Shown here in pieces: positions 52,488 through 61,679 of a DNA stretch of 64,000 nucleotides. The position numbers and the translations under genes are program-made. The stretch's first letter is position 1, and every line of letters starts with the position of its first letter. Origin of the DNA: Roseibacillus sp. Lineage in GTDB: Bacteria > Verrucomicrobiota > Verrucomicrobiia > Verrucomicrobiales > Akkermansiaceae. Below the pieces are notes generated by a model. That model did not search any database. It had not been told where the DNA came from and saw only the letters and a list, made by a program, of their open reading frames with translations. Where the stretch lies: NCBI GenBank assembly GCA_965242925.1, contig CBDEUM010000013.1:128001-192000 (forward strand), read 5' to 3'.

Positions 52488-55372
52488 TCCGCCTTCCTGA
52501 GTCCTTTCATTTTTTCCAGCATTCCCGGATTGGGTCCGGTCTTCTCTTCAAACTCCACCTTCACATCCTCCGCAGTCCGGCGCGACTTCGAGATCCATCG
52601 GGCGAGGGCCACTTCCAGCAGGAGGAGGAAGAAGGCCGCCACCGCCAGGATTTTCCACAACTCCTTCCCGAAACCCTTGCCACTGAGGACCGCCAGCACG
52701 TCGGTCACGGACTGGGCCTCCACCAGGTCGATATTCTTGCGAATGAGCTCCTTGTCTTCTTCCTCAAGCCGCTCAAGGCGGCTCTCCCGCACATCCCGCC
52801 GGACCACCAGGGGCACTTCCCCGCTCTCCAGTTCCTCGATCTCCTTGCGAAGCTGTTCCGGCACGATCACCTTGTAGAGACCGGGAATGGCAGCCCCATC
52901 GAGTTCCAGCACCCGTCCACGCCGGCCCACCGAAAGGCTGGCCACCCGCTCCTGGCCCCGCGGATCGACCGCGGTGCTCCTGGCGATCACCTCATTCTCC
53001 CGTTCGCCGGTCAGAGGGAGTAACGCCTGGGCCGGGATGATCTCCATCTTGCTGCCACCCGGCACCTGCCAGTGAAGCTTGATACTGGCGTGGGAAGACT
53101 CCTCCTGGTAGTCGAGCTCGATCCGCGCGGGGGTGCCCGCTTCGAGCTTGATCTCGCCGCTTTCCCTCTGGCCCGTTGACGCCACCCGCATGACCGTTCG
53201 ACCGTTGATCTTGAGAATGGCCTTGTCGTCCACTACCATGCGGAATCGGTAGCTTCCGGTCACGGGCGGCACGAGATGACCCTCCCAGCGGATTTTGAAA
53301 CGGTCCCGGTTCATCCCCGGGTAAGGCTGCTGGTCCTTCCAGTCGAACTGGATGGTGGGATCGACCCGCTCAACCGCAATCCCCCGGTCTTCATCGAAGG
53401 AACGGTAATAGGTGCCCTTCAGGCCACCACCACCCGGCAGGGCCAGGGCGGGCCGCCAGGTCGCCTCCACATTGAGCTTCACCCCACCCGCCCCGGCGAG
53501 CCAGGTGACCAATTCGTGGACAAACGGGACGAAGGACTGCCGGGTGGTCAGGTTCCCGGTGCGAATATCGAAGCCCGACGTGGCGAGAAGAATGCGGCCC
53601 TTCCCATAGTTGCGTCCCGTCAGGAAAGGCTTCCCGTTCGAGTAACGGGCCGCCACCGCCCCCCCCTTGCGGCCCTCGGTCACTTCGCGAAAGCCCGACA
53701 CCCGGGCCTTGCCTAGGTCGCTGCTGCGCTCATCCTTGAAGAGAACCAGCGTTTCATGATCGAATGTGGCGGGAGCGGGGTGAATGCCCTCCGCGTCAGC
53801 CTGCAGGGGTCCCAGGTCCACCGGGCACACCGCACCGCCGGGTCCCTCCCAGGCGTTGTAGAATCCTTCATCAGCCCTCGGTCCGGCCAGGATGAGAAGC
53901 CCCCCGCCGTTCGCCACGTAAGCCGCCATCCGCTCGGCCATGCTCCCGGGCAGGCGCACAACATCGGCCAGCACCACCACCCGGTAGGTCTCCAGATCCT
54001 TGAGGGTCGTGATCTCCGGAGCCGGCATCACGGTGGGCTCCATCAGGTAATTCTCCTCCGGCTTGTTCCCTTCCACCAGCTCGGCCGAGGGTGCCAGGGC
54101 AAGGGCGGTGAACCCGGCCGCCCGCTCGAAGAACCCCCCGCTCGGATTGCCGTCCACCAGGAGGACCGGAAGCCGCTTCTTCACAGCCACCACCAGTTCC
54201 TGCACATCATCCACCGGCAGATCGTCCCCAGCGTCGAGGAGGGCCTTCACCACCGTCGGTCCGGCCAGCTTGAAGAGATGGCGCAGTTCGACGGTCTCTT
54301 CCTGTCCCGGGGCCAGCTGACCGATCGCCACCGGCTCCAGGGGCTCTTCGCCCACCGTCACCTGCAGGGGATTCGGCGTCACCGCTTCCGTGCCCGTGTT
54401 CTCAATAGTCACCCGGATCGTGGCCTCGCGGTCGGTCCCCACCACTTCCCGGGAAAGATCGATCCGGGAAACCGCCACGTTGCGCAGGGACTCCGGGGGC
54501 GGAAAGCTCCGGACCATCAGCTTGGGCGAATGCGGCAGGCCTTCGACCGCCTCCCCGAACGACGTCCAGGCCGAGGGACTGTCCAGGCGCCATCCCAGCC
54601 GCTGGCTGTCGGTAAAGACCACGATCTCCTTGGCGGCGTGATATCCCTTGGCGAGGTTGAGCAGGCTCACCCCCAGCGCATCGTGTGCGCGAAAGGGGCC
54701 CCCCACCGGGCTCAATTCCTCAAGAACCTCGATCACGTCGGCCCGGTGCGTGAGGGGCGCACCCGTCACCGCATCGGGGGCCGGACCTCCCAGGATGACT
54801 GAGAAAGCCGTGCCGCGCGGAGCTCCCTTTACCAGAACGATCGCCTCCTCGATGGCCTGTTGAAACGCGCTGCGTCCATCCGGCCCGGGAATCTCCATGG
54901 ACGTGGAAGCATCTATGACGAGGGCGATATCCCGGCTCCCCGTGTTCTGGAAACGAGCCAGATTGAGCTGTCGCTCAAAGAGAATGAGAGCCACCCCGGA
55001 GAGCAGCAGCAACAGGGCCACCCCCCGCGTGAGCCAGCGTGCCGCGGCCCTGCTCAGCACGAAGGAGGCTCCCAGGGCCGCCACGCCAAAAAGCACCAGG
55101 GGCAACACGAAGATCCACGGAACGTTGGAATCGGGCGGCACGAAGGGACGGGCCAGGGCCAGGGCCAGCAGGGCGATGAGAAGGCAACGGGCCGCCATCA
55201 GCAGCATGTCCTCCCATTCCATCCGCCGCCGACGCATCGCCACCGTGTCGAAAAGAAATCGCATCGCTCCCCAGTCCAGCGGCCTGGCCGACTGCCGCCG
55301 CATCATGTGCAGGATGATGGGCACCAGGACTCCCGCGAGTCCGATCAGCAACCATGGATTGAGGAAGAGCAT
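52484..55372 (-). CDS. BatA-domain / vWA / PA14-domain protein
   Basis: FLNPWLL...PIILH...WGAMRFL...LARP (BatA); IDASTSM, FTDSQ (vWA); GLKGTYY...VDPTIQFDW...FKIRWEG...VDD (PA14). Confidence 0.82.
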   Translation of the reverse strand: MLFLNPWLLIGLAGVLVPIILHMMRRQSARPLDWGAMRFLFDTVAMRRRRMEWEDMLLMAARCLLIALLALALARPFVPPDSNVPWIFVLPLVLFGVAALGASFVLSRAAARWLTRGVALLLLLSGVALILFERQLNLARFQNTGSRDIALVIDASTSMEIPGPDGRSAFQQAIEEAIVLVKGAPRGTAFSVILGGPAPDAVTGAPLTHRADVIEVLEELSPVGGPFRAHDALGVSLLNLAKGYHAAKEIVVFTDSQRLGWRLDSPSAWTSFGEAVEGLPHSPKLMVRSFPPPESLRNVAVSRIDLSREVVGTDREATIRVTIENTGTEAVTPNPLQVTVGEEPLEPVAIGQLAPGQEETVELRHLFKLAGPTVVKALLDAGDDLPVDDVQELVVAVKKRLPVLLVDGNPSGGFFERAAGFTALALAPSAELVEGNKPEENYLMEPTVMPAPEITTLKDLETYRVVVLADVVRLPGSMAERMAAYVANGGGLLILAGPRADEGFYNAWEGPGGAVCPVDLGPLQADAEGIHPAPATFDHETLVLFKDERSSDLGKARVSGFREVTEGRKGGAVAARYSNGKPFLTGRNYGKGRILLATSGFDIRTGNLTTRQSFVPFVHELVTWLAGAGGVKLNVEATWRPALALPGGGGLKGTYYRSFDEDRGIAVERVDPTIQFDWKDQQPYPGMNRDRFKIRWEGHLVPPVTGSYRFRMVVDDKAILKINGRTVMRVASTGQRESGEIKLEAGTPARIELDYQEESSHASIKLHWQVPGGSKMEIIPAQALLPLTGERENEVIARSTAVDPRGQERVASLSVGRRGRVLELDGAAIPGLYKVIVPEQLRKEIEELESGEVPLVVRRDVRESRLERLEEEDKELIRKNIDLVEAQSVTDVLAVLSGKGFGKELWKILAVAAFFLLLLEVALARWISKSRRTAEDVKVEFEEKTGPNPGMLEKMKGLRKAE

Positions 55373-55459
55373 CTGTCTTACTTGTCGGCTCTCAGCTGCC
55401 GGTTGTCGGTGGAAGCAACTGCCCCCTCTCTTCCTGGTAACGAATTCCACATAACTGCT

Positions 55460-56398
55460 CTACCGCTTGGCATGCATTCTCCGGCCCAGATAACGCACGA
55501 GCGTATCGCGCAACGGCGTCTTGGTGTTCACCGGCACATAGTCGGCCTGCAGTTTCCCGCTGGCCGTCTCCATCGACTTTACAAAATCACGCACCTTCTC
55601 CAGGTAGGCTGCCCGCACCGCCTGGGGATCGATCCGAAGCATGGGCTCCACCCCTTCCAGATCCCGGAACCGCTGGAAAGCCTTGAAGGGGAAGGTCAGT
55701 TCCTCATCGGCCAGGACGTGCAGAAGAACGAGTTCATGCTGGCGGAAATCAAAGTGGTGGAGCGATTCGATGATATCCTGCGGTTCGTCAAAAAGGTCGC
55801 TGATGAGGATGACCAGCCCGCGCTTGTGGACCCGCTCGGCGACCTCATGCAGGACATCCGCCACCTTGGTCTCCTCCCCCGGCTCGGACTGGTGCAGGGT
55901 TTCCACAATGCGGCGCAGGTGGCTGGGCCGGCTCCCTGCGCGGAGGTAGGAGCGCACCCGGGAGTCGAAGGTCACCAACCCGGCGGCATCTCCCTGCTTG
56001 ATGAAGAGATAGCTCAACGCCGCCGCCAGGTAACGGGCATAGGCGAACTTGGACATCGCCTCGCCGTCCACCAGGGCCGCCTCCTCTCCGCGGAAGGCCA
56101 TTGAGCCCGAAATATCGACCGCCACCGTGACCCGCAGGTTGGTTTCCTCGATATACTGCTTGATGACGTTGCGATCGCTCTTGGCCATTACCCGCCAGTC
56201 GAGATTGCGCGGATCATCGCCGGGAGTGTACTCGCGGTGTTCCGCGAACTCGACCGAGAATCCCTTGTCCGGACTGGTATGCTTCCCGGTCAGGGTCCCC
56301 TGCATCCGCTTGCGGGCCAGCCACTCGAGCCGCCGCATCACACCCATGGTCTCCTCCGGCAGGAGCTTCATGGACTCGGGCACTTCTATCGAGGGCAT
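55460..56398 (-). CDS. DUF58 domain protein
   Basis: GFSVEFAEHREYTPGDD, DWRV, EETNL, VDISGSM, ISDLF. Confidence 0.9.
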   Translation of the reverse strand: MPSIEVPESMKLLPEETMGVMRRLEWLARKRMQGTLTGKHTSPDKGFSVEFAEHREYTPGDDPRNLDWRVMAKSDRNVIKQYIEETNLRVTVAVDISGSMAFRGEEAALVDGEAMSKFAYARYLAAALSYLFIKQGDAAGLVTFDSRVRSYLRAGSRPSHLRRIVETLHQSEPGEETKVADVLHEVAERVHKRGLVILISDLFDEPQDIIESLHHFDFRQHELVLLHVLADEELTFPFKAFQRFRDLEGVEPMLRIDPQAVRAAYLEKVRDFVKSMETASGKLQADYVPVNTKTPLRDTLVRYLGRRMHAKR

Positions 56399-56458
56399 AC
56401 AGCAGGCACCAATAAACAGATAAACCAGTTCGGCTTCGTACAAACACGAAAACGAGCT

Positions 56459-57466
56459 CTAAATCTTGATCTCTTCCTTGGGCTGCAGATGTTCCAGCAG
56501 CATTTCCACGATGCTGTCGCTGGTCACTCCTGAAGCCTCGGCATTGAAGGTGGTGAGCACACGGTGGCGCAGCACCGGATGGGCCACCGCGGTCACGTCT
56601 CCGGTGGTGGCGTGGAAGCGGCCCCGTAGCACGGCGTGAGCCTTGGCCGCCGAAATCAGGGCGATCCCCGCCCGGGGCCCGGCGCCCCATCCCACCATCT
56701 CTTTCACGAACTCGGGAGCCTCGCCCGAGTTGGGACGGGTTGCCCGTGCGATGTCCGCCGCAAAATCGATCACGTGATCGCCCACCGGCACGCGCTTCAC
56801 GATCTCCTGCAGTTGCAGGATTTCCTCCGCATCCATGAGGGCCTTGACCTCGCCCTCACCGGGACTGGTCACTCTCCGGATGATCTCGCGCTCTTCCTGA
56901 TCGTCGGGATAGTCCACCACGATATTGAAAAGGAAACGGTCCAGCTGCGCCTCGGGGAGTGGATAGGTTCCCTCCTGTTCGATGGGGTTCTGGGTGGCCA
57001 GCACGAAGAAGGGCTTGGGCAGGTTGCAGGTCTTCTCTCCCACCGTAACGTGGTGCTCCTGCATCGCCTCAAGGAGGGCCGCCTGTGTCTTGGGCGGGGT
57101 CCGGTTGATCTCGTCCGCCAGAATCATGTTGGCGAACACTGGCCCTTCCACGAAGCGAAAGCTGCGGCGACCGGACTCCTGATTCATCTCCAGCACATCG
57201 GTTCCCGTGATGTCGGCCGGCATCAGGTCAGGCGTAAACTGGATCCTCTTGAAACTGAGATCCAGGGCCCGGGCCACGGTGGAGACCAGGAGAGTCTTGG
57301 CCAGGCCCGGAACTCCCACCAGAAGGGCATGACCCCGACAGAAAATGGCCATGAGCACCTGCTCAACCACCTCTTCCTGTCCCACAATGACCTGCGAGAG
57401 CTCCTCCTTCATCTGGCCATAGACCGAATGGAGTTTCTCGACGGCCTCTTTTTCGTCCATACTCAT
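56459..57466 (-). CDS. moxR: MoxR-family AAA+ ATPase
   Basis: GVPGLAKT, RIQFTPDLMPAD, ADEINRTPPKTQAALLEAMQE, ATQNPIEQEGTYPLPEAQLDRF. Confidence 0.93.
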   Translation of the reverse strand: MSMDEKEAVEKLHSVYGQMKEELSQVIVGQEEVVEQVLMAIFCRGHALLVGVPGLAKTLLVSTVARALDLSFKRIQFTPDLMPADITGTDVLEMNQESGRRSFRFVEGPVFANMILADEINRTPPKTQAALLEAMQEHHVTVGEKTCNLPKPFFVLATQNPIEQEGTYPLPEAQLDRFLFNIVVDYPDDQEEREIIRRVTSPGEGEVKALMDAEEILQLQEIVKRVPVGDHVIDFAADIARATRPNSGEAPEFVKEMVGWGAGPRAGIALISAAKAHAVLRGRFHATTGDVTAVAHPVLRHRVLTTFNAEASGVTSDSIVEMLLEHLQPKEEIKI

Positions 57467-57700
57467 ACAAACCCACTACACTCTTCCAAACGGGTTTCTC
57501 GCAACCGAATTCTCCAATATCGTTCCCGGGTAGGCGGAGAAGAGGGATTGTTTCAGCTTGGTGAACTGTTCCGGGGTGACCCGGCCAGCACGCCAACGGC
57601 AGACTCCCTGAAAGGGATTCCACCGAAGATCTCTGTCTTGCCTGAAGTTGGCTGCGCGGGACCCGGTGCCGCCCGCAACGAGCCTCCGGCCCCGGGCCGG

Positions 57701-58558
57701 TCAGACCCCCACCGGATGCCAGGTCGTCTTGATCTCCTGGAAATCGAGAATGTGATAGGGACTTTCCGCCAGCGGGGCATCAGCATGGGGAATGACCCGC
57801 TTGACGTTCTCCACCGCCCGTTCCTGCGCCAGCCTGATTTCCCCGGACTCATCGGAACAGACCAGGAGGGCATTGACATCCATATGTTCCGCGAACTGTG
57901 GGAGAAGTTCGTCGCGCAATCCGGTGAGGATGTTGACCGTTCCACCGGGCACGTCCGAGCTGTTGAGAACCTCCGCCAGGGTAATGGCACAGAGTGGCCT
58001 GGCGTGCGAAGCCAGGATCACACTCGTGTTCCCACCCACCAGGATGGGTGCAACCACCGAACACAACCCCAGCAGGCCACTCCCTTCCGGGGCCACCGCA
58101 GCCACCACTCCGGTGGGCTCGGGCACCGAAAAGTTGAAGTGTGGAGTCGCCACCGGGTTCACACTCGAGAAGAGGGACTGGTACTTGTCGCTCCAGCCGG
58201 CGTAGTGCACGAATAGATCAATGGAAGCCGTCACTTCCTTCTTGGCGGCCACCGGGGTGGAGCCCTGAGCACACAGTTCCTCTTCAAACTGCCCGGCGCG
58301 ACCTTCCAGCATCTCCGCCACCCGATAGAGAATCTGCCCCCGCAGGCAGGCGGTGGCTGCCGCCCATCCCGACCAGGCCTTCCGCGCCGCCACCACCGCA
58401 TTGCGGAAATCCTTGCGGCTGGCTCGCGAGACGTTGGCCAGGAGGGCATCCTTCCGGCCCTTCAATTCGTAGTAGCGCCCCGACTCGGTCCGCGGGAACC
58501 TGCCTCCGAGGTAGAGCTTGTATGTCTTGCTGACGGCTAATCTCTTCTTCGTGGACAT
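57701..58558 (-). CDS. Short aldehyde dehydrogenase-like protein lacking the catalytic domain
   Basis: KTYKLYLGGRFPRTESGR, HYAGWSDK, EPTGVV, KTTWHP; no ELGG or catalytic Cys motif. Confidence 0.85.
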   Translation of the reverse strand: MSTKKRLAVSKTYKLYLGGRFPRTESGRYYELKGRKDALLANVSRASRKDFRNAVVAARKAWSGWAAATACLRGQILYRVAEMLEGRAGQFEEELCAQGSTPVAAKKEVTASIDLFVHYAGWSDKYQSLFSSVNPVATPHFNFSVPEPTGVVAAVAPEGSGLLGLCSVVAPILVGGNTSVILASHARPLCAITLAEVLNSSDVPGGTVNILTGLRDELLPQFAEHMDVNALLVCSDESGEIRLAQERAVENVKRVIPHADAPLAESPYHILDFQEIKTTWHPVGV

Positions 58559-58590
58559 CGCTTGGGACTATGCAAAATGAAAACCTGGAA

Positions 58591-60120
58591 CTACCTCAGC
58601 TCTACATACGGAGCGAGGCCCTGCAGCCCTCCCTCCCGGCCGATTCCGCTCTCCTTGTATCCGCCGAAGGGCGAAGTAGGATCGAACTTGTTGAATGTGT
58701 TGGCCCAGAGCACCCCAGCCCGGATCTGGCTCGTGATCTTGAAGATCTTCGATCCCTTGTCGGTCCACACCCCGCCACTCAGTCCGTAGGGCGTGTTGTT
58801 GGCCTTTTCGACCGCCTCTTCCGGGGTGCGGAAGGTCTGGATCGCCAGCACCGGCCCGAAGATCTCCTTCTGCACGATGCCGTGACTCTGCGCGCACCCG
58901 GTAAAGATGGTGGGCTTGAACCAGAACCCCTTGCGCGGGAGCTTCTGCCCGCTCTGCCAGCACTTGGCACCCTCCTCCCTGCCGGAGTCCACCAGCACCC
59001 TGATGCGCTCCAGCTGCTCCTGCGAGTTGATCGCACCCACGTCCGTGTTCTTGTCCAGGGGATCGCCCAGCACGAGAGTTTCCATCCGACGCTTGAGCTT
59101 ACGCACCACCGTGTCCGCAATGCCCTCCTGCACAAAGAGCCGTGATCCCGCACAACAGACGTGGCCCTGGTTGAAGAAGATCCCGTTGACAATCCCCTCC
59201 ACGGCCTGGTTCACCGGGGCGTCGTCAAAGATGATGTTGGCGGCCTTCCCTCCCAGTTCGAGGGTGAAGCGCCGGCCGGTTCCGGCCAGGTCCTTCTGGA
59301 TCAGTTTTCCCACCGCGGTCGACCCGGTGAAGGCCACCTTGTCGACATCGGGATGCCGCACCAGGTTCTGCCCCGTCTTTCCAGACCCGGTGATGACATT
59401 GACCACTCCGGGCGGGAACCCCGCCTCTTCGATCAACTCCGCCAGCTTCAGGGCCGTCAGCGGCGTGGTCTCCGCCGGCTTGAGCACCACCGTATTGCCA
59501 CACGCGAGGGCGGGAGCCAGTTTCCAGGCCGCCATCAAGAGAGGAAAATTCCAGGGAATGACCTGGCCCACCACCCCCAGGGAACGCGCCCGGCGCCCGG
59601 GAAAGGCGTAATCCAGCTTGTCCGCCCACCCCGCGTAGTAGAAGAAGTGCGCCGCCACCAGGGGCAGATCGATGTCGCGGCTCTCCCGGATGGGCTTGCC
59701 CCCATCCATGGTTTCCACCACCGCGAATTCGCGCGCCCGTTCCTGGATGAGCCGCGCCAGCCGGAAGAGATACTTGCCACGCTCCCGTCCCGGCATATCC
59801 GACCAGGTCTTCTCATAGGCCTGCCGGGCCGCGGCAACGGCCCGGTCCACCATCCTCGGCCCGGCCTCTCCCACTTCCGCCAGAACCTCCCCGGTGGCCG
59901 GATTGATGGTCTCGAGCCGCTTGGGCGCCCGCACCCACTCCCCTCCGATGAAAAGATGGTAGCTGTCCCTGAGGGAAACATGATCGCTGCTCTCCGGGGC
60001 GGGCGCATAACGATCCCCCTCCACGAAGTCGTAGCGACTCTTCCCGGCCCCACCCGCACTTTTGGCTTTGGCACTTTTGGGCTTCGCTCCGGCCGCGCCC
60101 TTTTTCTGTCCGTCTGGCAT
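58591..60120 (-). CDS. Aldehyde dehydrogenase (likely acetaldehyde dehydrogenase, deoC-linked)
   Basis: IPWNFP, KPAE, FTGST, LELGGK, GHVCCAGSR, EIFGPV, PFGGYKESG. Confidence 0.92.
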   Translation of the reverse strand: MPDGQKKGAAGAKPKSAKAKSAGGAGKSRYDFVEGDRYAPAPESSDHVSLRDSYHLFIGGEWVRAPKRLETINPATGEVLAEVGEAGPRMVDRAVAAARQAYEKTWSDMPGRERGKYLFRLARLIQERAREFAVVETMDGGKPIRESRDIDLPLVAAHFFYYAGWADKLDYAFPGRRARSLGVVGQVIPWNFPLLMAAWKLAPALACGNTVVLKPAETTPLTALKLAELIEEAGFPPGVVNVITGSGKTGQNLVRHPDVDKVAFTGSTAVGKLIQKDLAGTGRRFTLELGGKAANIIFDDAPVNQAVEGIVNGIFFNQGHVCCAGSRLFVQEGIADTVVRKLKRRMETLVLGDPLDKNTDVGAINSQEQLERIRVLVDSGREEGAKCWQSGQKLPRKGFWFKPTIFTGCAQSHGIVQKEIFGPVLAIQTFRTPEEAVEKANNTPYGLSGGVWTDKGSKIFKITSQIRAGVLWANTFNKFDPTSPFGGYKESGIGREGGLQGLAPYVELR

Positions 60121-60126
60121 CAGAAT

Positions 60127-61041
60127 TCAGTCCTTGGTAAAGTAGTCAGCCGACTGGTAGCGGCCCGTTTGCTGTTTGCGGATCTGCATGAGCAGATCGT
60201 TGGTCAGGGAACTGACCCCGAAGCGGAACCACTCATTGGTCAACCAGGCCTTGCCCAGGGTCTCCTTGAGCATGACGAGGTAGTGGATCGCGGTCTTGGC
60301 ATCACTGATCCCTCCCGCCGGCTTCATCCCGACCATGCGGCCCGTCCGGTCATGATAGTCCTGGATCGCCTCCAGCATGACAAGGGTCACCGGCAGGGTG
60401 GCGGCCGGCTGCACCTTACCGGTGGAGGTCTTGATGAAGTCCGCTCCCGCCGCCATCGCGATTTCACTGGCAATTCGCACCGTATCGTAAGTCTGCAGCT
60501 CCCCGGTCTCGAGGATGACCTTGAGGTGGGCCGCGCCACAGGCCTCCTTGCAGCGCACGATCTCGTCGAAAATGCTGCGGAATTCCCCGTGAAGCAGCTT
60601 TCCCCGGGAGATCACCATGTCAATCTCATCAGCCCCCGCCCCCACCGCGTAGCGGATCTCGGAGAGGCGCTCCTTCAGCCGGCTCTGTCCGCTCGGGAAC
60701 CCGGTGGCCACGCTGGCCACCCTCACTCCACTCTGGCCGACAGCCTCCCTTGCCACCCGCACGAGGCGGGGATAGACACACACTGCTGCGGCCGGACCAA
60801 TGCCCGGATCGTCGGGCAGCGGCCGCATGGCCTTGACGCACATCTGCTTGACCTTCCCAGGGCTGTCCTTCCCCTCCAGGGTGGTCACGTCCAGCATGGT
60901 CACTGCCAGCTTGAGGGCCGAGAGCTTGCTCTCCTTCTTGATGCTTCGCGCCTCAAAACGCCTCGCACGCTCCTCCACTCCGACCTGATCTATGGTCGAT
61001 AGCGTTCGGAGGTCCGGAAAACTGGGGTCGGTGGCGGACAT
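60127..61041 (-). CDS. deoC: Deoxyribose-phosphate aldolase
   Basis: LDVTTLEG, AAVCVYP, ATGFPSG, GADEIDMV, LKVILETGEL, DFIKTSTGK, KPAGGI, RFGVSSL. Confidence 0.95.
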   Translation of the reverse strand: MSATDPSFPDLRTLSTIDQVGVEERARRFEARSIKKESKLSALKLAVTMLDVTTLEGKDSPGKVKQMCVKAMRPLPDDPGIGPAAAVCVYPRLVRVAREAVGQSGVRVASVATGFPSGQSRLKERLSEIRYAVGAGADEIDMVISRGKLLHGEFRSIFDEIVRCKEACGAAHLKVILETGELQTYDTVRIASEIAMAAGADFIKTSTGKVQPAATLPVTLVMLEAIQDYHDRTGRMVGMKPAGGISDAKTAIHYLVMLKETLGKAWLTNEWFRFGVSSLTNDLLMQIRKQQTGRYQSADYFTKD

Positions 61042-61213
61042 GCGTGGAGGAGGAATCTAGATACGGGTTGGCGGAAGGACAAGGTGTTAGAACAATTGGG
61101 GAAATCACAACAAGTCGATTTCCAGCCAGGTTCCACCCTCCAATTCCAGCGAAACAGGATGGCGGGGCCTGGACCGTGCCTCCCGTTCAACCGGTGGGAT
61201 TCCCCTTTAACCG

Positions 61214-61247
61214 AAAAAGAGGGCAGTCCGAAGACCACCCTCTTTTT
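61214..61247 (-). terminator. Rho-independent terminator with C(UUCG)G tetraloop
   Basis: Minus strand AAAAAGAGGGTGGTC-TTCG-GACTGCCCTCTTTTT; G-U pairs form only on the minus strand. Confidence 0.85.
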
Positions 61248-61410
61248 ATCGCACAACGCACTCGCCTCAGAAATCAGTTCCCCGGCTTGGAATGGTCCGG
61301 CCTTCGCCCGGGGTCCCCTCAACCACGCCTGGGGTTAAAAAGTTCGACCGGTTCTCAACCCGCACTGCCTGGCCACTCTCACCAGAGAGTCGGAACCTGT
61401 TAGGACATGC
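61214..61410 (-). ncRNA. Candidate structured non-coding RNA of about 195 nt
   Basis: No credible ORF; 5'/3' pairing CAGGUUCC/GGAACUG, hairpins ACUCUC/GAGAGU and GGGUUGAGA/UUUUAACCC; ends in the terminator. Confidence 0.45.
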
Positions 61411-61679
61411 AACTTGATATTTCACCTTTCCCAACAATTTGCACTACCCCCTCTTCAGCACAAGAAAAAACTCGGTAATTTTTTCCGGCCTGCCCGGCGG
61501 ATCCGGAAATTTCTTCAGGGACCCGAGAACCGTCGCGGGAAGGAGCCTGCGCAAAGCGGCCAGCCACCCCGCCAGGCCGGGCTCCGGCATCCGGCCTCCC
61601 TCGGCATTCGTGTCTACCAGAAGGCGCCGCCTTGCGGCGGCGCCTGAAAAAACGTTTCCCTGTTCCCCGTCTTCCGCCC

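Noticed and set aside
61250..61410. tRNA-Sec, TPP or cobalamin riboswitch in the deoC upstream region
   Set aside because: No UCA anticodon arm or TTCGA T-loop; only fragmentary similarity (UGAGA, AGCC..ACUG) without the other core motifs.
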